From positions 177,816,001 to 177,880,000 of the forward strand of contig OZ038378.1 of the NCBI GenBank assembly GCA_964036045.1: a stretch of 64,000 nt of DNA. The letters are read 5' to 3'. The translations under genes and the position numbers were made by a program. The DNA is from Eutreptiella sp. 'Long Island Sound 2002' (lineage: Eukaryota > Protista > Euglenida). The stretch's first letter is position 1. Each line of letters opens with the position of its first letter. This document shows, one piece after another, positions 1-34,745 of the stretch. Under the pieces are notes generated by a model. That model ran no database searches. It worked only from the letters and a program-made list of their open reading frames with translations, and was not told the DNA's origin.

Positions 1-3000
1 CGCATGGCGGCGTAGGTTGAGGGGAGAGAACGTGAGGGAGTGGAGGTGGCTGGCCCAAGGGGTGGCCGGGAGGTGGAGGGAGTGGTCTGGGCGGAAGCAA
101 GTGGTGCCTGGGCGGACGGGGGCTGCAGGTACGCCCTGGAGCTGGGGGAGGCCACGGGGGCAGACAAATGAGCGCTAAGCAACGTCGAAGGTGAGGTGGG
201 TGCAGCCCGTGAAGGGGTGCAGGCACACGGCGGTGGGGAGTTGGAGGGCGGGGGCGTCGTGGAGGACAGAGGCTGATGGAAGCTGTGGGCAGCCGCAGGG
301 GGGGCGGTACCAGGCCGCTATGATCACTAGACGAGGGCAGTCGGGGCTGAGCCACAGGCAATCGCTAGGGATGCCATGCAGGGAGCTGTTGTAGTGAGCC
401 CAGGGGAGGGGCCGGGGCGTGAGATGGGATGGGGAGTCATCGTAGAACCACACCACATATCCGTTGAGGACGAGGGGGATGCTGATGACCGGGTCGGCGT
501 CTTCACGCTGAAGTTGGTGTACGGCTTGTGTGAGCCAGGGGGCAAAGTCCCGGAGGACGCGGAACTGGAGCTTGGGGGGGAATCAGGGCTGCTAGCAGGG
601 GGCCCCGGGGGGGGCGGGGGCTGAAGAGAAGTCAGCGACGAAGGAGGCTTCTTGGGGGTTGAGCGGGGTGTCGGAGGGTGGGTGCACTTTGACGCAGCCA
701 CGGGCGCAGCACAAAGGGCAGGCCCACGTGGCAAGTGAACTTGGGGCTACGGTACTGCATTGCTAGCAGACGGCGAGGCAGGGGCTTCGAGGCTGCCGGT
801 CCGCGGCCAGGGGGCGGCTGAGGTTGGTGGGCGGGTGGGTCACGAGGGCGCTGGCGCGTCTGGTCAGCCTGCGGAGGTCTCGGACGCGGGGATAGGCCAC
901 GGCACAATCTAGGGCTAGCAAGGTGAGCGGGGTGGACGGCATGGCACCCGGGGGAAGGCAGAGGGGCGTGGACAGTCAGTTGACGCGGGATCCTTTGTAA
1001 AGGGTGACACGTTGGGAAGTGTGGAGGGCCGCCACAGGTGTGGAGGAGGGTGCCGTATGCGCGGGGGGCTTGGATGGAGGCTGAGGGGGCTGTTGTGGCG
1101 TTAGTGGTGATGCGGAAAACCCAAGTAGGGGATGGTCTGGGGGAGGTATCGCAACGAGTTGATGGCTGGTGCGTCGCGTCTTTGGGCCTTTGATCTTCTT
1201 CTTGGGCGGGGGTTTGACGGGGCTGTCCGGCAGGTAGAAGGGCTCCTCGCTGGCGGTGCGGGCGTCCAAGGTGATGGTGTAGTGGTGGTGAGGGTCCACA
1301 TAGGTGCGAGTGGGCACACCGGTGAATAGGGCTACAAACTGGTCAGCTGGTACGGACATGAAAAGGGAGCCGTCTCGGAGGGCGGCGGCGGGAATGGCAA
1401 CGGGGGCACCAACGTGATGGGTGAGCACGGATGAGGCCTGTGTGGCGTCGCGGATGTGGCGGAGGCCGCGAAGGCGTATCACGCGGGGTGCGTCAACGAA
1501 GGAGGGGGGCAAGAGGCCCGTGGCTTTAGGACCCGGGGGAAGGGGGGGGGCGGGTACCGGAGGGGCGCTGCCGGGGAGAGCGGGAGGTAGGGTTGGTGAT
1601 GGGGAGCTGGTGTGGGGCCGAGGGGGGATTGCGGTCGGGGGGGGGGGGTAGGAGGTTGTCCGCTCGAACCACGCATAGGCTGCTGCTGGGCCGGCGGCGG
1701 GCTGAAAAGCAGTACAGGTACGGGTCTCCGCGATGAGCTGGTCCAGGAGCGGTAGACGCGTGGTATTCTGTACCGCTACTCAAATGGCTATGCGGGACGA
1801 GACGGGGTCGCGGACGGCCAGCAAGTGGTCTGTGGCTTGGGGGGGGACACCGGGGGTCGGGCAGCTAGCGGCTGCCGCGGAGGACCAAGTGGGGCCGGGA
1901 CGGGTGGTGGACGCTTCAATAAGGGGGTTGCGGGTTTGTAGGGCCGCAAGCTTGAGGGACTCGATGGCGGGGGAGCCATGCACTCATGGAGGCAACCGTG
2001 GCAATTGCGTCTAGTAGGTTGGCTTGCAAGGAGGGGCGCAGACTGTTGGGGAGGCGTACCACGCTGCTTTGACCGCTGGCGCGAGAGACCGGGCGTTCTT
2101 CACCGCCCGCAGCCTAGTTATGGCGCTCTCTTGGACGGCCATGTCTATGCACATCACCCTGATGGACTGTGCTATGTGTTCCGCTTGGTTGTCGAGTTTG
2201 TTTACAATTTCTCGATCTCGGTGGAGAAGTCGGAGGTCGACGCCAGTGAGGTGGGCTCCTTCAGCATGCGCTTCCACAGGGCCTTCCCGGAGCTAGGGGA
2301 GCCTGGCAGCTGTGCTCACTTGAGTGAGATGTGCGATACGATGCCGGGGTATGAGAGGGTGGATTTGTGTCGGGTGAGGTCAGCCTTCCGCTGTTGGGGC
2401 CAGGGGAGGGCACGCGAGTCTCACCATGGGGGACCATCTGGCAGCATATGGACTTCCGCAGGTGGGCCGCGTGCCACGTGATCACCAAGTGTACAAGCGG
2501 CACTCTGTCAACGGCGCGCTTGGGCGACTCGTTGGCAGCGAGGAGCATGAGGAACTGATCGGCGTTGGCTGCCCGAAGCGTGTCACCAAATGGGGCCACA
2601 TGGGAAGCCGCGGCCCACTGAACTTGTTGCGCTGCATCCGGTGGGGCGGCTGCCACGTAAGACACTAGGTCCCGCATCGCTGCTTGGTAGGTGCCTCACA
2701 GGAAGTTCACATCTGGGTGCTGTAGTGTGGCCACGTCGAGCGGCGGGTGGGCCTCCACTGCGACCGCCCAAAAGAAGATGCTAAAGAGGCACAAGGCTCC
2801 AAGCATGAGGTCGTCGGGTTGAAAGGCTTCAACTGACGCATTGGACTCATGACGAGTCACAGAAAGCTGCGGCCTTTGGGCGACATCGCTCCTGCCTACT
2901 GCAGTGGCGGGCCACGTTTCTTTTGGGCGGATATCGGCTGCGTGTTGGGCAGGAGATTTGGCGGCGAAGGCATGTCGTGGGGCCATGGAGAAGGTGCATG

Positions 3001-3400
3001 GGAGAGCGAGACAGAGGGAGGTGGCGAGGAAGGGGGTAGACGGTAGGGTTTGCGAACGGAACCTGAGGGACTGCGCTGAGGTATGGGTTGTGTCAAGGTG
3101 AAGATGGCAGGGCATAACAGGGGGTGGGAGGTGCGAGGCGTCGTTTTTGAAACGTTTCTTGATGGCCTTAGGGGCTCGTCGTCAGGTCTCTGTCGCGGGT
3201 GAGTGTGGGGGGTCGGTGATGAGGGCTGAGTGTCAGAGCAAAGGCTGAGCACAAGGGTCGAAGGTAGGGCTCCGGACGGGCATGGGGGGAGGAGGCATAT
3301 GGTGTCACAGAGGCCCGGGGCGTAGTTGTAGTACGGTTGTCCACAGACGTTGTCCTGGAGACGACGGCGGTGTTGGCAGTGTTCCACTACGGCGGCCGCT
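1..3400 (-). mobile_element. Decayed LINE-like (non-LTR) retrotransposon, 5-prime part, running off the window start
   Basis: GC-rich. ORF pieces 3115-2696 and 2677-2261 share one frame; 2277-2011, 1983-1780, 1512-976 and 456-175 share another, separated by stops. Contains RRM-like RVIRLRGL and APE-endonuclease-like LNGYVWFY and IIAAWYRPP. Confidence 0.55.
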
Positions 3401-3422
3401 GTGGGCGGAGATCTGGTCTCTT

Positions 3423-4329
3423 TGGGGATGCAGATGTGCAGTGAATTGGATTTCAATTCGGCGAATTCGCCTTGAAATCCACAGCATGGCGAATTTGTTG
3501 TGAATTCGCTGAAAGTCGCGTCGGCGGCGCCTGCGCCGCATCGGCGCTTTTCTTGACTTTTGTTCGGCCGATTTCTCGACATTCTTTTCGAGTTGAAGGC
3601 TGAAACTTGGCACAATTTCGGTTCATCATAAAACCCAACTATCCATTCACCCATCTTCGCTTGCGGTGCGATTTTTCAAGTGCCAGATCGACAAAAAAAA
3701 TCGGGCCGGAACAGAGACCGGGACTATTAATAGTGGGATCTTATCATGAACTATCATTGTACAAAGTAACAGCCTGCAGCGCTCAAAGAGTTTGGGGAAA
3801 TCCGGCGAATAAAAGTCCGAAGAATGGCCGATGGAGCCATGCTGGCGACCGCACTGGTGCCATGAATCAAGCTTTATGTTCTTCTTGTATTTGTTGTTTC
3901 TTTCCTCGGCCCACCTCCAGTGCAATGTTTGAATTGAAGATTGCAATGAATAAGGGTCCAATAAGGGCAACAAGTTGTTCATATGTGATTGTTCATGTGT
4001 GGCTTGGTAATTGTGCATGCTTTGTTCCTTTTTTCTAAAAGGCGTTTGAAAGAAGCAAGGAAGGGTTTGTGTGTGTTTATTTGGTATTGTTGGTTTTCAT
4101 TTGTTGTTGTTACAGGACAACCACTTCCCTATGGAATATCTTAATGCAAAGAGATGAATTAAAAAATGGTACGTAAACTTTAGGTCCGCGTATGGGTTCT
4201 CACGGTGGGGTCGGTCCAAGCTAATTCGGGGGAAATTCGAATTGGAAGTTGTGAATTCGAATTCGGAGGATGAATTCAGTGCGAGTTGGAATTCGAGCGA
4301 ATTCGTGCGAATTCGAACCCGCATCCCTA
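3423..4329. mobile_element. ~0.9 kb non-autonomous DNA transposon-like element (hAT-like ends)
   Basis: Imperfect TIR TGGGGATGC (3423) versus GCATCCCTA (4321-4329); dense subterminal AATTCG motifs at about 3445-3510 and 4222-4316; no 8-bp TSD seen. Confidence 0.45.
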
Positions 4330-5124
4330 GAATTACTACAATAAACCCACTGGCTCGTGAAAAAAGCCAAAAATTCAAGATCCCGCCACCATTGACGGCA
4401 AGAACTTTGCAGTGCTTACACTATGCCAACTATTTGTGCACTGCGGCCTTCTCTAAAGCCTCACATTGTCTCTTGCGGCCATTAACAAGCGGATAGTGCC
4501 CACACAAGAGGAGGGAAGGGATTGACTTGAATGAGAGTGAGATTGATGAAGGTGGCGATGGAGCCATATTGCTTGATACCTTGGGTGTGATCATACGTCT
4601 AGAACAAATGCAATGAAAATGTTGAGACATGTGGAATCAAGACACCATACATGACATCATAAAAAAGGGTTGTAAAAAAAGAAGGTTCGCAGAAATGTGT
4701 CAAGCTTTGTGTGGCTTTTCTTTTCATGGTGCCAATTGCTACATTGTGCGCATTATCTACCTGGCAAATGGGGGCTAGTCGACCAAAAACAACGCAAATA
4801 TTTGCTCCAATGACTTGTATACCATCCACCTTAAATGAAGAAAAGTGGACAGATCTAGCAAAATACACATCGTCAATGCAACACGAACTGAAAAATTCAT
4901 AACTTGGGTCTACTCTGTCAGATTTTGATAAACCAAGAGCCGATTTTGATGAATTTTCATTGCACTTTAACGTTTTGACGTCAAAAATGCAACGTTGAAT
5001 GCTTTGCATCAGAAAGTGAATGATTCATATGGGAAAATAGATAAAATGAACGTAATGCAAAAAAGCGCTTCTGCTGCAATTTTTTCCCTCGAAAATGATT
5101 TATAATGAAGGTCTTGGATCCAGA

Positions 5125-6115
5125 CTCTAATTAAGTACTATCCAAAAGCCATTTGACTAGTGACTAGCAACTTGTTTATTTTGGTGAAAAAAAATATTTT
5201 TCTAAATTTTTAAACAAATTGTTTACAAAACTGGTCCTTCTGCGGATGCTTGCCTCCTTTTACCTATTCCTTCCATTGCAGGTTCATAGGACACAACTTT
5301 GTTCCATGTGGCTGGTACTGTATAATTATCTACTACATGTTTGGATATGTTTGTATGTTTACTAAACATGTTTTCTTGGCCGTGGTTTATTCATGGTTCC
5401 TTACAGGACGGTATTCTTCAATTTTGGTACAAAGCAAATCCCATGCTGTTTATTCTTGGATGTTCCCAATCCTTGTTTGGGACCTTCATTCAAATGTTTA
5501 TTTTTGGGACCTTCATTCAAATGTTTATTTTTGGGACCTTCATTCAACCGCAAATGATTTTTCCTCTGTGCCTCTTCTTTTTTTCCCCGCGGTTTGTGTT
5601 TGCATGTGAATGATAATCTTGGTTCATCCCTTCCTATAATCCATACCCTGCACATGAAACAAGAGCACAACATAAGCACGGGGAACATCTTTGTATTCGA
5701 ATGCTCGTACCTGTTTATGTGCCGGGCACCACATTAGAAGCGAGAACTTCGTTTATTTTGGGTTGAACCTTGTTGTTCTAATGTGGACGTACAAATGCAA
5801 GCCATCACGAAGTGTCAAGAGGCACATTTCCCCACCTCTTTGTTGTAAGCGAACTAGATGTCGAGTATGATTGTTGCTTTACGGAACCCAATTTAAATGA
5901 CACCTACCCGAAATGACAACTCGCCAGCGAATGGCACAACAAACCAACCCAAAACCTTCCCCACTGCATGCAACAATATGTGAAAACACCGATAAACATC
6001 AATAAACATCAATAAACGGCGATTCTCTCCAAAAGACAGGCATTTTTTCGAAAATAAACGCATAAACGCGTTTATTTTGAATTTGACTAGTGACTAGAAT
6101 AGCACTTAATTAGAG
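5125..6115. mobile_element. ~990-bp AT-rich MITE-like element
   Basis: Inverted repeats CTCTAATTAAGTACTAT (5125-5141) and ATAGCACTTAATTAGAG (6099-6115), 16/17 complementary; subterminal direct repeat ATTTGACTAGTGACTAG at 5151-5167 and 6081-6097. Confidence 0.65.
5476..5547. repeat. 27-bp minisatellite, about 2.7 copies
   Basis: TTTGGGACCTTCATTCAAATGTTTATT starting at 5476, 5503 and 5530. Confidence 0.95.
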
Positions 6116-7891
6116 CTTGCTTGATCCGAAATTTTGTGTCTTGTAGCTAATTTTGCATTTGGAGGGGCCTTTTGGACAGCGCACCGACAAGGGGCCAAAT
6201 CGCTATCGCCCAGCTGTCAAAAAATAAAATTCTGATCACGATTGCTTTGGATTTTAGGCTTGTGGCTTCCATATAGTGTTACTCAATACCTAAAATTTGC
6301 TACTGCACCTTTAGATCTCATCCGTAGGTTATCCACAATTGCTGGATGTTGAATGTCAAATAACCAATCTTATGAGGCTACTAACTTTCAAAATCGGGTA
6401 TGATTTACATTAAAAAAGTTGGCACGTTAATCAACGCATCAATGTGGTCTTTTGGGGGGGCTGTCTTGGTGATTTTTGAAGTATGTTTTGTTTCGTCGTG
6501 CATAACGGCACAAAAAGGAGTTTTTAGGGAGGCGGGGTCCCCATTCCCCGACCCCTATATAGAAAGCCCCCCATGGGATGGGGGGGGGGGGGGTGAACAA
6601 GACCAACCCTGTTGTTGCATGGCCACCGGACTGCCAGAGGTGCACATATTCGGCAACTGTCTTGCCTGCAGCAGTGTGAAATCACACACTACCAGAATCA
6701 CTGAATTGACACTTTCTCTGCAAAAGGGTCCACATGAAGTATGTTTTCCCAGTTTGACAATGGCTTGCATTCTGTGGTGATTGCAGTCAACTGCCCATTT
6801 TATTGATTTTGGTATGTGGGTCCTCTCAATTTTTGGCAGTTTGCTTTCTTCGATCCCAGGTTTGCAGCGAACACTGTGAAACATCGCTGATTCAAAAGTG
6901 TTGGCAACCATACTATCTGCCTGAGTGCAAAAACAGGATGTTTACACCACTGACGGGAAAAAAAAACAGTGTTCTTTCGTACAATCCGCAAAAGACATTT
7001 TCCCGTGCATATTGAACACATCACCATCATGTTCGACAAACAGGCTTTGAAAAGGTGGGCAAATCACGACCTACGTAAAACATGAGAGTAAAAGATGAGA
7101 CGCACATGCATCATATGATCCTTGAACATGCAACAAAAAAACGCAGCGGTCCGCAATCATTCAAAGTATTTTGTGCCAAATCAGTGGTTGTTAGATTTGA
7201 CTGAATTCAATCATCAAAAATGGCCACATCGCTGCTGGCCTTCGCTACAAAATGAATTCTGGTGCTGACCTAAAACATAGGGGTCCAAAAACTCCCAGCT
7301 GTACAATATTCTGCAGGGTGGCCAACCTGAGCTACACACTGGAGCTCAGAGCAGCGACAGCATTGGACAATGTTGACACGTGCCTGCAGATGCAGAACAC
7401 AGCAAAAGCATTTTATCATGCCCATGCCGATGCCCATGCCATTCAACCCAACCCACAGAGATCTTGGCTGTGGCTTTTGAACAATGCAGATTTGCCTGCG
7501 TGGCATCCACTGAATGCTGCTCCAGACAGACAGATTTGGAGCCCTATGTAGAATGTGCTGCACCTCAGCTGACATGCCATACAACAAATGGCAAAAATCA
7601 ATGCCAGCCTCGTTCCGCATGTGCAAGTTTTACCCATTGGCACCACCCAAGGCATCAACAACCTGCCCACCAATCCACTCAGCAGAACACCAGTGTCTTT
7701 GTGTACCCTAACTTTTGCGCAATTAGGTTGGCAGGTCAAAGAGCTGGGGCACATCTGACCGACAGAAACCAGCTGCATGCTCACCACCCATGCAATGTAT
7801 GAGTGTGCGTAGCACACGAGGAGAATCCTGCGCAGTTCCAGCAAAATATGACCCAGGTTTCGTCTCATCAGGATCCCATCAATCTGCCAGC

Positions 7892-29855
<21,964 letters not shown>

Positions 29856-30068
29856 TGTGAGTCACCTCTGTGAGATGCACGGCAACTGCACGGCAAAGGA
29901 AGGTGACATCCGCAGGAAAAAACTTACCTTGGGCCGGGCAGGCAACCGTTCTCGCCGGAAGTTCACTGTGATTTGAGCGGAGGACATGGACTTGCAGCTA
30001 GCTTGAAGATGGTTGGACAAGCGCTGGCATGCCGCGGAAAGATGTGAACAGGCTGTGCCCCCCTCCAT
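29856..30068 (-). other. Upstream in-frame ORF or 5-prime exon of TrxR with a putative 60-nt intron (29927-29868) and an in-frame TGA at 29864-29862
   Basis: ATG at 30068 is 213 nt upstream of the TrxR ATG, in frame. Consensus donor AAG|GTAAGT and acceptor TCACAG|. Spliced reading: MEGGTACSHLSAACQRLSNHLQASCKSMSSAQITVNFRRERLPARPK-R-*-L-T-M. Confidence 0.55.
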
Positions 30069-33000
30069 GTTTGACTCGTGATCGCCTTGCACTGAGTGAT
30101 ACGTACACTTGCCCTTGTTTGCCGCAACACGTTTAGTTGAGTCCAGGCGCAAAGGTTACAGACAGCGAGGGACAGAACTGGTCACACGGCGTGTCTGAGG
30201 TGTCTTGATGATTTCAAAAAAAGTGTGTGCGTGATGCAACCTCTGATGCTAGATTCTCATATTTGTGCTTTACGTATGTGGCTTTTTTGGCCTTTTTTGG
30301 CTGTTAGGCACGTGTTCCCCTGAACTCGGAGACGGATCAGAAAATACCCAATACAAATTGGTGCAGCACGAGCTGTGGCTTGAGTCGAAGAAATTCGGCG
30401 AGCATCGCTACTGCTACGCCTGCTATCCATGTGCTACGTGATTTTCAGTGTGACATAATGGTCAATGGAAAGGGACCGCAAATTTGTTGGTCGGTCGGAG
30501 TGCTCTTCTCATAGGCTGCTCCTTTCTGTGTGTATATGTGCGTGTTCCTGGGATTGGAGTAGGGGCCAGCACAACCCGCTGCCTAACTGCCTTGCCTCGT
30601 GCGTGCTTCATGTGAGCCGGCATCGTGCCTCCGGTGCACGCACTGACGTTTGCGTCGTTTCGGCAGTGTTTAATGGGTGTCGCTTGACCTCGGCAACAGG
30701 CTTCTTCTCAAGGCTGCTTTCCAGGTCTGAGTATTCGTGCTTGTGCGATGCTTCACGACAATGTTGAAGTTGATGTGCCCAGTGGGAGTGTTCCAACAGT
30801 TCCGCCCTAGCAGCACAGTTGCCAGTACTTCCGAGATCCCGTATCAAATTGTCAGGGTAAAGTGCTTCGAAGTACTTCCCACAGTTACGCCTTGCTCAGA
30901 CTGTTCGTTCATTGTGGTGAGGGAGGCCTAGTGCTTTTCGGAAAGACTGGGAATTGCTGCGGTTGACAATGCAATATTAACACAACACGCTGTGCCACTC
31001 CCTGTGCGTGCAACTCTCCCTCCTAGCTTCAGGTCGCCTGCAGAGATGGTTGCTGAGCTGTATCGAGCTCAAAATCAAGGAGAAGTCCGCAACTATCCGG
31101 TTGAATAGTTTGGGGACACATCCAATGGTGTTCTTTGGTTGTTATGCATTTTTGCGGTCGCGACCGCACTGAATGCAAACCGTCACGCCACACTCTGGAT
31201 TAGTGGTGAAGCCATGTGGAGCACACGTGAGACCGAGTGAGTCGGTTTCGGTGAATGTCGGCCTTGTGTACTGTAGGTTCGGATCAGAAAGCACCATTTT
31301 TAAGTGGATTTATTGCCCCAAGGATCCTTTTGAACAATATGGTCACTTTTAGAGGGCTTGGGAAAGCCATGCCAAAACCCCCAGAATAGTTACATATCTA
31401 TGTCCCTTTAAAACGGCCAATTCCATACCCTCCCGGCGCCCCCATGCGTTCAGGGCACCCTCGAAGTAGACCAAATCTGTTTCTGGACCGTAAAAAAGAC
31501 AAACCTCTTTTTGGCCCAAAAATAAAACCCATTTTTGGGGTAGAGCAGGGGTGGATATAATAGTGACGACATTACCAAGGTGGGGGGGGGGGCTGTTCAG
31601 CCAGGAGGCAGTGATGACGGAATGACGATTACAATTACGACGAGCTCGGCAGTTCAAGCACGAATGATTCGGAATTGCAAGCCATTGTGGCAAAATGTGT
31701 CAAGAAATGATTGCACTGTGTGGACTGTCTTCATGGGATACACCAACCCTTGTGCAATCTATTGTCTTGTGTTCAGGTTAGTACATGGGCTCAATAGTAC
31801 CGTGGTGTATGCATTGGCTTATTCATTGGTTGTCCCGTGTTCAAATCCGGGATAGCACCTGCTCTGGCACCTTTTTTGGCCATCTGTCCTCTTGTGAAAC
31901 TGTCGGCAAAACTGCTAGTTCAGTCAAACGGGTAAATTGTAATTGTAATTGTCATCAGGGGGGGAGGGGGGGCGCGTGGGGGGGGGGGGCACTATATCCA
32001 CCCCTGGGCTAGAGCAGGACCCGAACAGATCCCCGGCAAAGCCGGGGTTTTTCGCTTATCCTTTGAATAAGGGTGCTCATAATATGGAAAAGGGTGTGGT
32101 GGCCATGGTTTTTAGCAAAGGAGTGAGACACGCCTTGGTGTTGGTGCCATGTTGCATGTGGGACTGTAAATGGGAATGGCGGACAATGATGGTCGTTGTG
32201 ACAATCTGTGCTAAACTGGTTCTTGACAAATTTGTTTGTGCCGCCCTAACTCCTCACCCCTTGTGATTCACAATCCGGAGCCAGAATTTTACGAAAGAAC
32301 ATCAGCGGCTGTTCCGTTTCCCACATAAACACTCTACAAAAGCCCTCCGCACGCTTAAATCCCTAGTGCCCTCTAGGGCCAAGTTTGCCATCTACTTTAG
32401 GATTTACCCGGATGACTTGGCTGCGATGTGGGACTCATTGTACGTGAAATGACCCGCAAAGGTTACGCGTCCTCGCATTGGAAACCACAGCTATCCTATC
32501 GCCTTAAGCGCTAGGGTGTTCCTCTGCACATCCTAAAACACCATGGGTTATGAGCTGTGGAGACTGCCTCACCAGCCCGAGTCCAGCTTACCTTGTACTG
32601 TACAGTGTTGCCTTCGCAACGCCCCCCCCCCCCGGGCGGTGCACCTGAACTCTTGCCTCCTCGTGCCTTCGGCCCCTTATGCAATTGTTGCTTCTATCCG
32701 CCGTCGCACTTCATGTGTACGTGCACCGACCCATACCCTGTGCCTTCTGCACGGGTTGCCTGGTTATCGGCGCCCCTTGGTCTGAGCTTTTCATGACTAG
32801 GTGCGGTGCCTGACCCCACAATTTTAGTTTGTCAAGTGTTCGTGATACTTGCCCTATACCTATTGCACTGTGCATAGTCCCATTGCATCTGTCACTTTCT
32901 GTATGTTTCCCACAACAAGCTCGGTCGAGCTCAGGCCACCTCTCTTTTGCATGTGCTTTGTTGCCTTGTGATTGCATTGGTGGAGAACTCGTGCCTTCGT

Positions 33001-33119
33001 TAACGTGGGAAGATCTAAGACAATCTACACAATCCAATGTGGTTGCTCTTGCATGTTTGAGGAGGGGTGGTCCAAAAGGTGCCTCACTTCTTTTCCACAT
33101 TGACATACCAGAGTACCTC

Positions 33120-33208
33120 CATTAGAAACACCGGACTTCTCATGCATGAGTTGTTGAGGAGGTGACCGTCATTGGAAACACCGGAATTCTCATGCATGAG
33201 TTGTTGAG
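33120..33208. repeat. Two 39-bp direct repeats (period 50), each holding the 12-bp palindrome CTCATGCATGAG
   Basis: CATT(A/G)GAAACACCGGA(C/A)TTCTCATGCATGAGTTGTTGAG at 33120-33158 and 33170-33208. Confidence 0.9.
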
Positions 33209-33375
33209 CGTCACACTATTTCAGCCATTGCACCCTAGGCAGTAACACAGTCGTCCCGGGAAGTTAACCACAGCACTTACGTCCTGGATCAGATATGGTA
33301 TTGCTAGCGCGTCATGCTCGTGCATTTGCCATTCGGTCGAGAATCAATTCTGCTTTTCTGTGGCTTGAAGACACC

Positions 33376-33984
33376 ATGTCTACAGCGAAGTCCTCCGTTA
33401 AACGGAGGCCGCTGTCCCCCAATTTTCTCAAATTGACACCACGTGGCAACCGGGTTCGGCACAAGCTTTCGCCTCGCAACACGCCATCCTCCCCATCCTC
33501 TTCGCGTGACGATCACAAGACACGCAAATTGGCCCGCAATGAGGCTGCCTTTGAGGACTGTAGCACAAGGATCGATGTTCAACTGCTGCAGGATGCTATG
33601 TACACCGACATGCGGCAGAGCAGGCTCACGGGGGTTGGGCGGTCTTGCCCCCAAAAGGACCAAGCCTTTTATGAGCAGTTCGGTGCATTGCTGAACGTGC
33701 TTTTGGTCACTAGTAGGGGCGATGCAATGCGGGCTCACCTTTTCTTAACCGAATTGCAAGAGCATGTTTACAGTTCCGGTTCCGAGTCACAGTGTGGCCT
33801 CAAATATACGAACGACACGATGGTTCCCGAACGCTGTAGACAAAATACGCCAAGGCTATCCGGGTATGGGTGCGCGCCGGGCTTTCCACACGGAGGTCAA
33901 CCTCGCAACGATGTCGATTGCGAAATGAGATTTCTTGCTTTGAGCATGCCAATTACTTTGCCTTTGCTTGCTTTGTGTGTTTGA
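33376..33984 (+). CDS. Hypothetical protein (202 aa from CACCATG at 33376, 229 aa from 33295); may be a first exon or a TE-derived ORF
   Basis: Among the longest open frames in the right half; good ATG context; S/R/P-rich N-terminus then a helical-looking segment; decayed homologues in the array unit and at about 62590-63300. Confidence 0.4.
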   Translation: MSTAKSSVKRRPLSPNFLKLTPRGNRVRHKLSPRNTPSSPSSSRDDHKTRKLARNEAAFEDCSTRIDVQLLQDAMYTDMRQSRLTGVGRSCPQKDQAFYEQFGALLNVLLVTSRGDAMRAHLFLTELQEHVYSSGSESQCGLKYTNDTMVPERCRQNTPRLSGYGCAPGFPHGGQPRNDVDCEMRFLALSMPITLPLLALCV

Positions 33985-34519
33985 GTCTTACAGCTGTGGA
34001 GGCAACCTGTGCACGAAAGGTGTCAAATGGGAGAATGCGGCAAAGTAGGTCTTGTAACCCACTGTAGAAACCCGCGCTTAGTTTGGCCTCTTATTCGTTG
34101 TGTCATAAATGGTCTCCAAACTATCCCACAATCTTTTTTGCAAAGCAGTTGTGCTTGGCGTGCTTATATTGCGCATGATCTAGCACAACGTTTCTGTATG
34201 ATCCCAACATTGGTCAACGGAAAACATTCACCGTGAAGTGTCTATCACTACAACACAATATCCCAACACTTGTTCAGCCTTGTGGGTATCAATGGCGTGG
34301 CAACCCATCGGAGTCCGTTACATCGCTTCTCATTGTGGGTAGACGCTTTGTGGGTAGACCCTCTAGCGAGCCATGCCTCGACCCATGTAATTTGGCATTG
34401 CGCGCATCGCACAAATGCCTTCCACGAAGAAGAGGAGGACGAGAGATGGGGGAAGAGGTGTTGGTGTAGGAGGAATTAGTGCATCAGGCAGTGGAGGGGT
34501 GGGGGGGTAATGGGGTAGG

Positions 34520-34745
34520 TGGTCCGCATCCGTTCGATCAAAACCTCGGGCAATGAGGGGGTGGGGGGGGAGTACATGGGTGATCCAAAAGGGATCGGCG
34601 GATCATTTGTGGATCATTTTGCTCATGCCTTGGACTTCATGCACTTTTTCTGGGATCACCATTTTTGATCACAATATTTGGATCACCACCTTGTATCACC
34701 ATGTTGGATCACCAATTTTTTGGGGGGGGGGGTGGAATTGGTGGT
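34520..34745. repeat. Short element with clustered GGATCA(C/T) motifs and poly-G ends (MITE-like)
   Basis: Repeated GATCA/GGATCACC words between 34580 and 34715. Confidence 0.4.

Noticed and set aside
4480-5010. Protein-like fragments (STLNEEKWTDLAKY.., LSDFDKPRADFDEF, VDNAHNV)
   Set aside because: Multiple stops and no assignable family; probably decayed transposase but unsupported
7850-7871. Hammerhead-like core CTGATGA-GAC-GAAAC-CTGG-GTC on the minus strand, 20 nt after the TrxR stop
   Set aside because: Stem II would be one pair with a 1-nt loop and stem I does not pair (C opposite A, then T opposite T); plausible by chance in 128 kb of searched strands
7000-7891. SECIS element or selenocysteine in the TrxR tail
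   Set aside because: The C-terminus is Cys-based and ends in TAA; no convincing SECIS recognised by eye
30200-31130. Possible C/D snoRNA (TGATGA..CTGA at about 30208-30245) and small plus-strand exons near 30723-30860 and 31033-31110
   Set aside because: C/D spacing is short with no terminal stem or identifiable guide; the small ORFs end in early stops and cannot be joined into a supported gene
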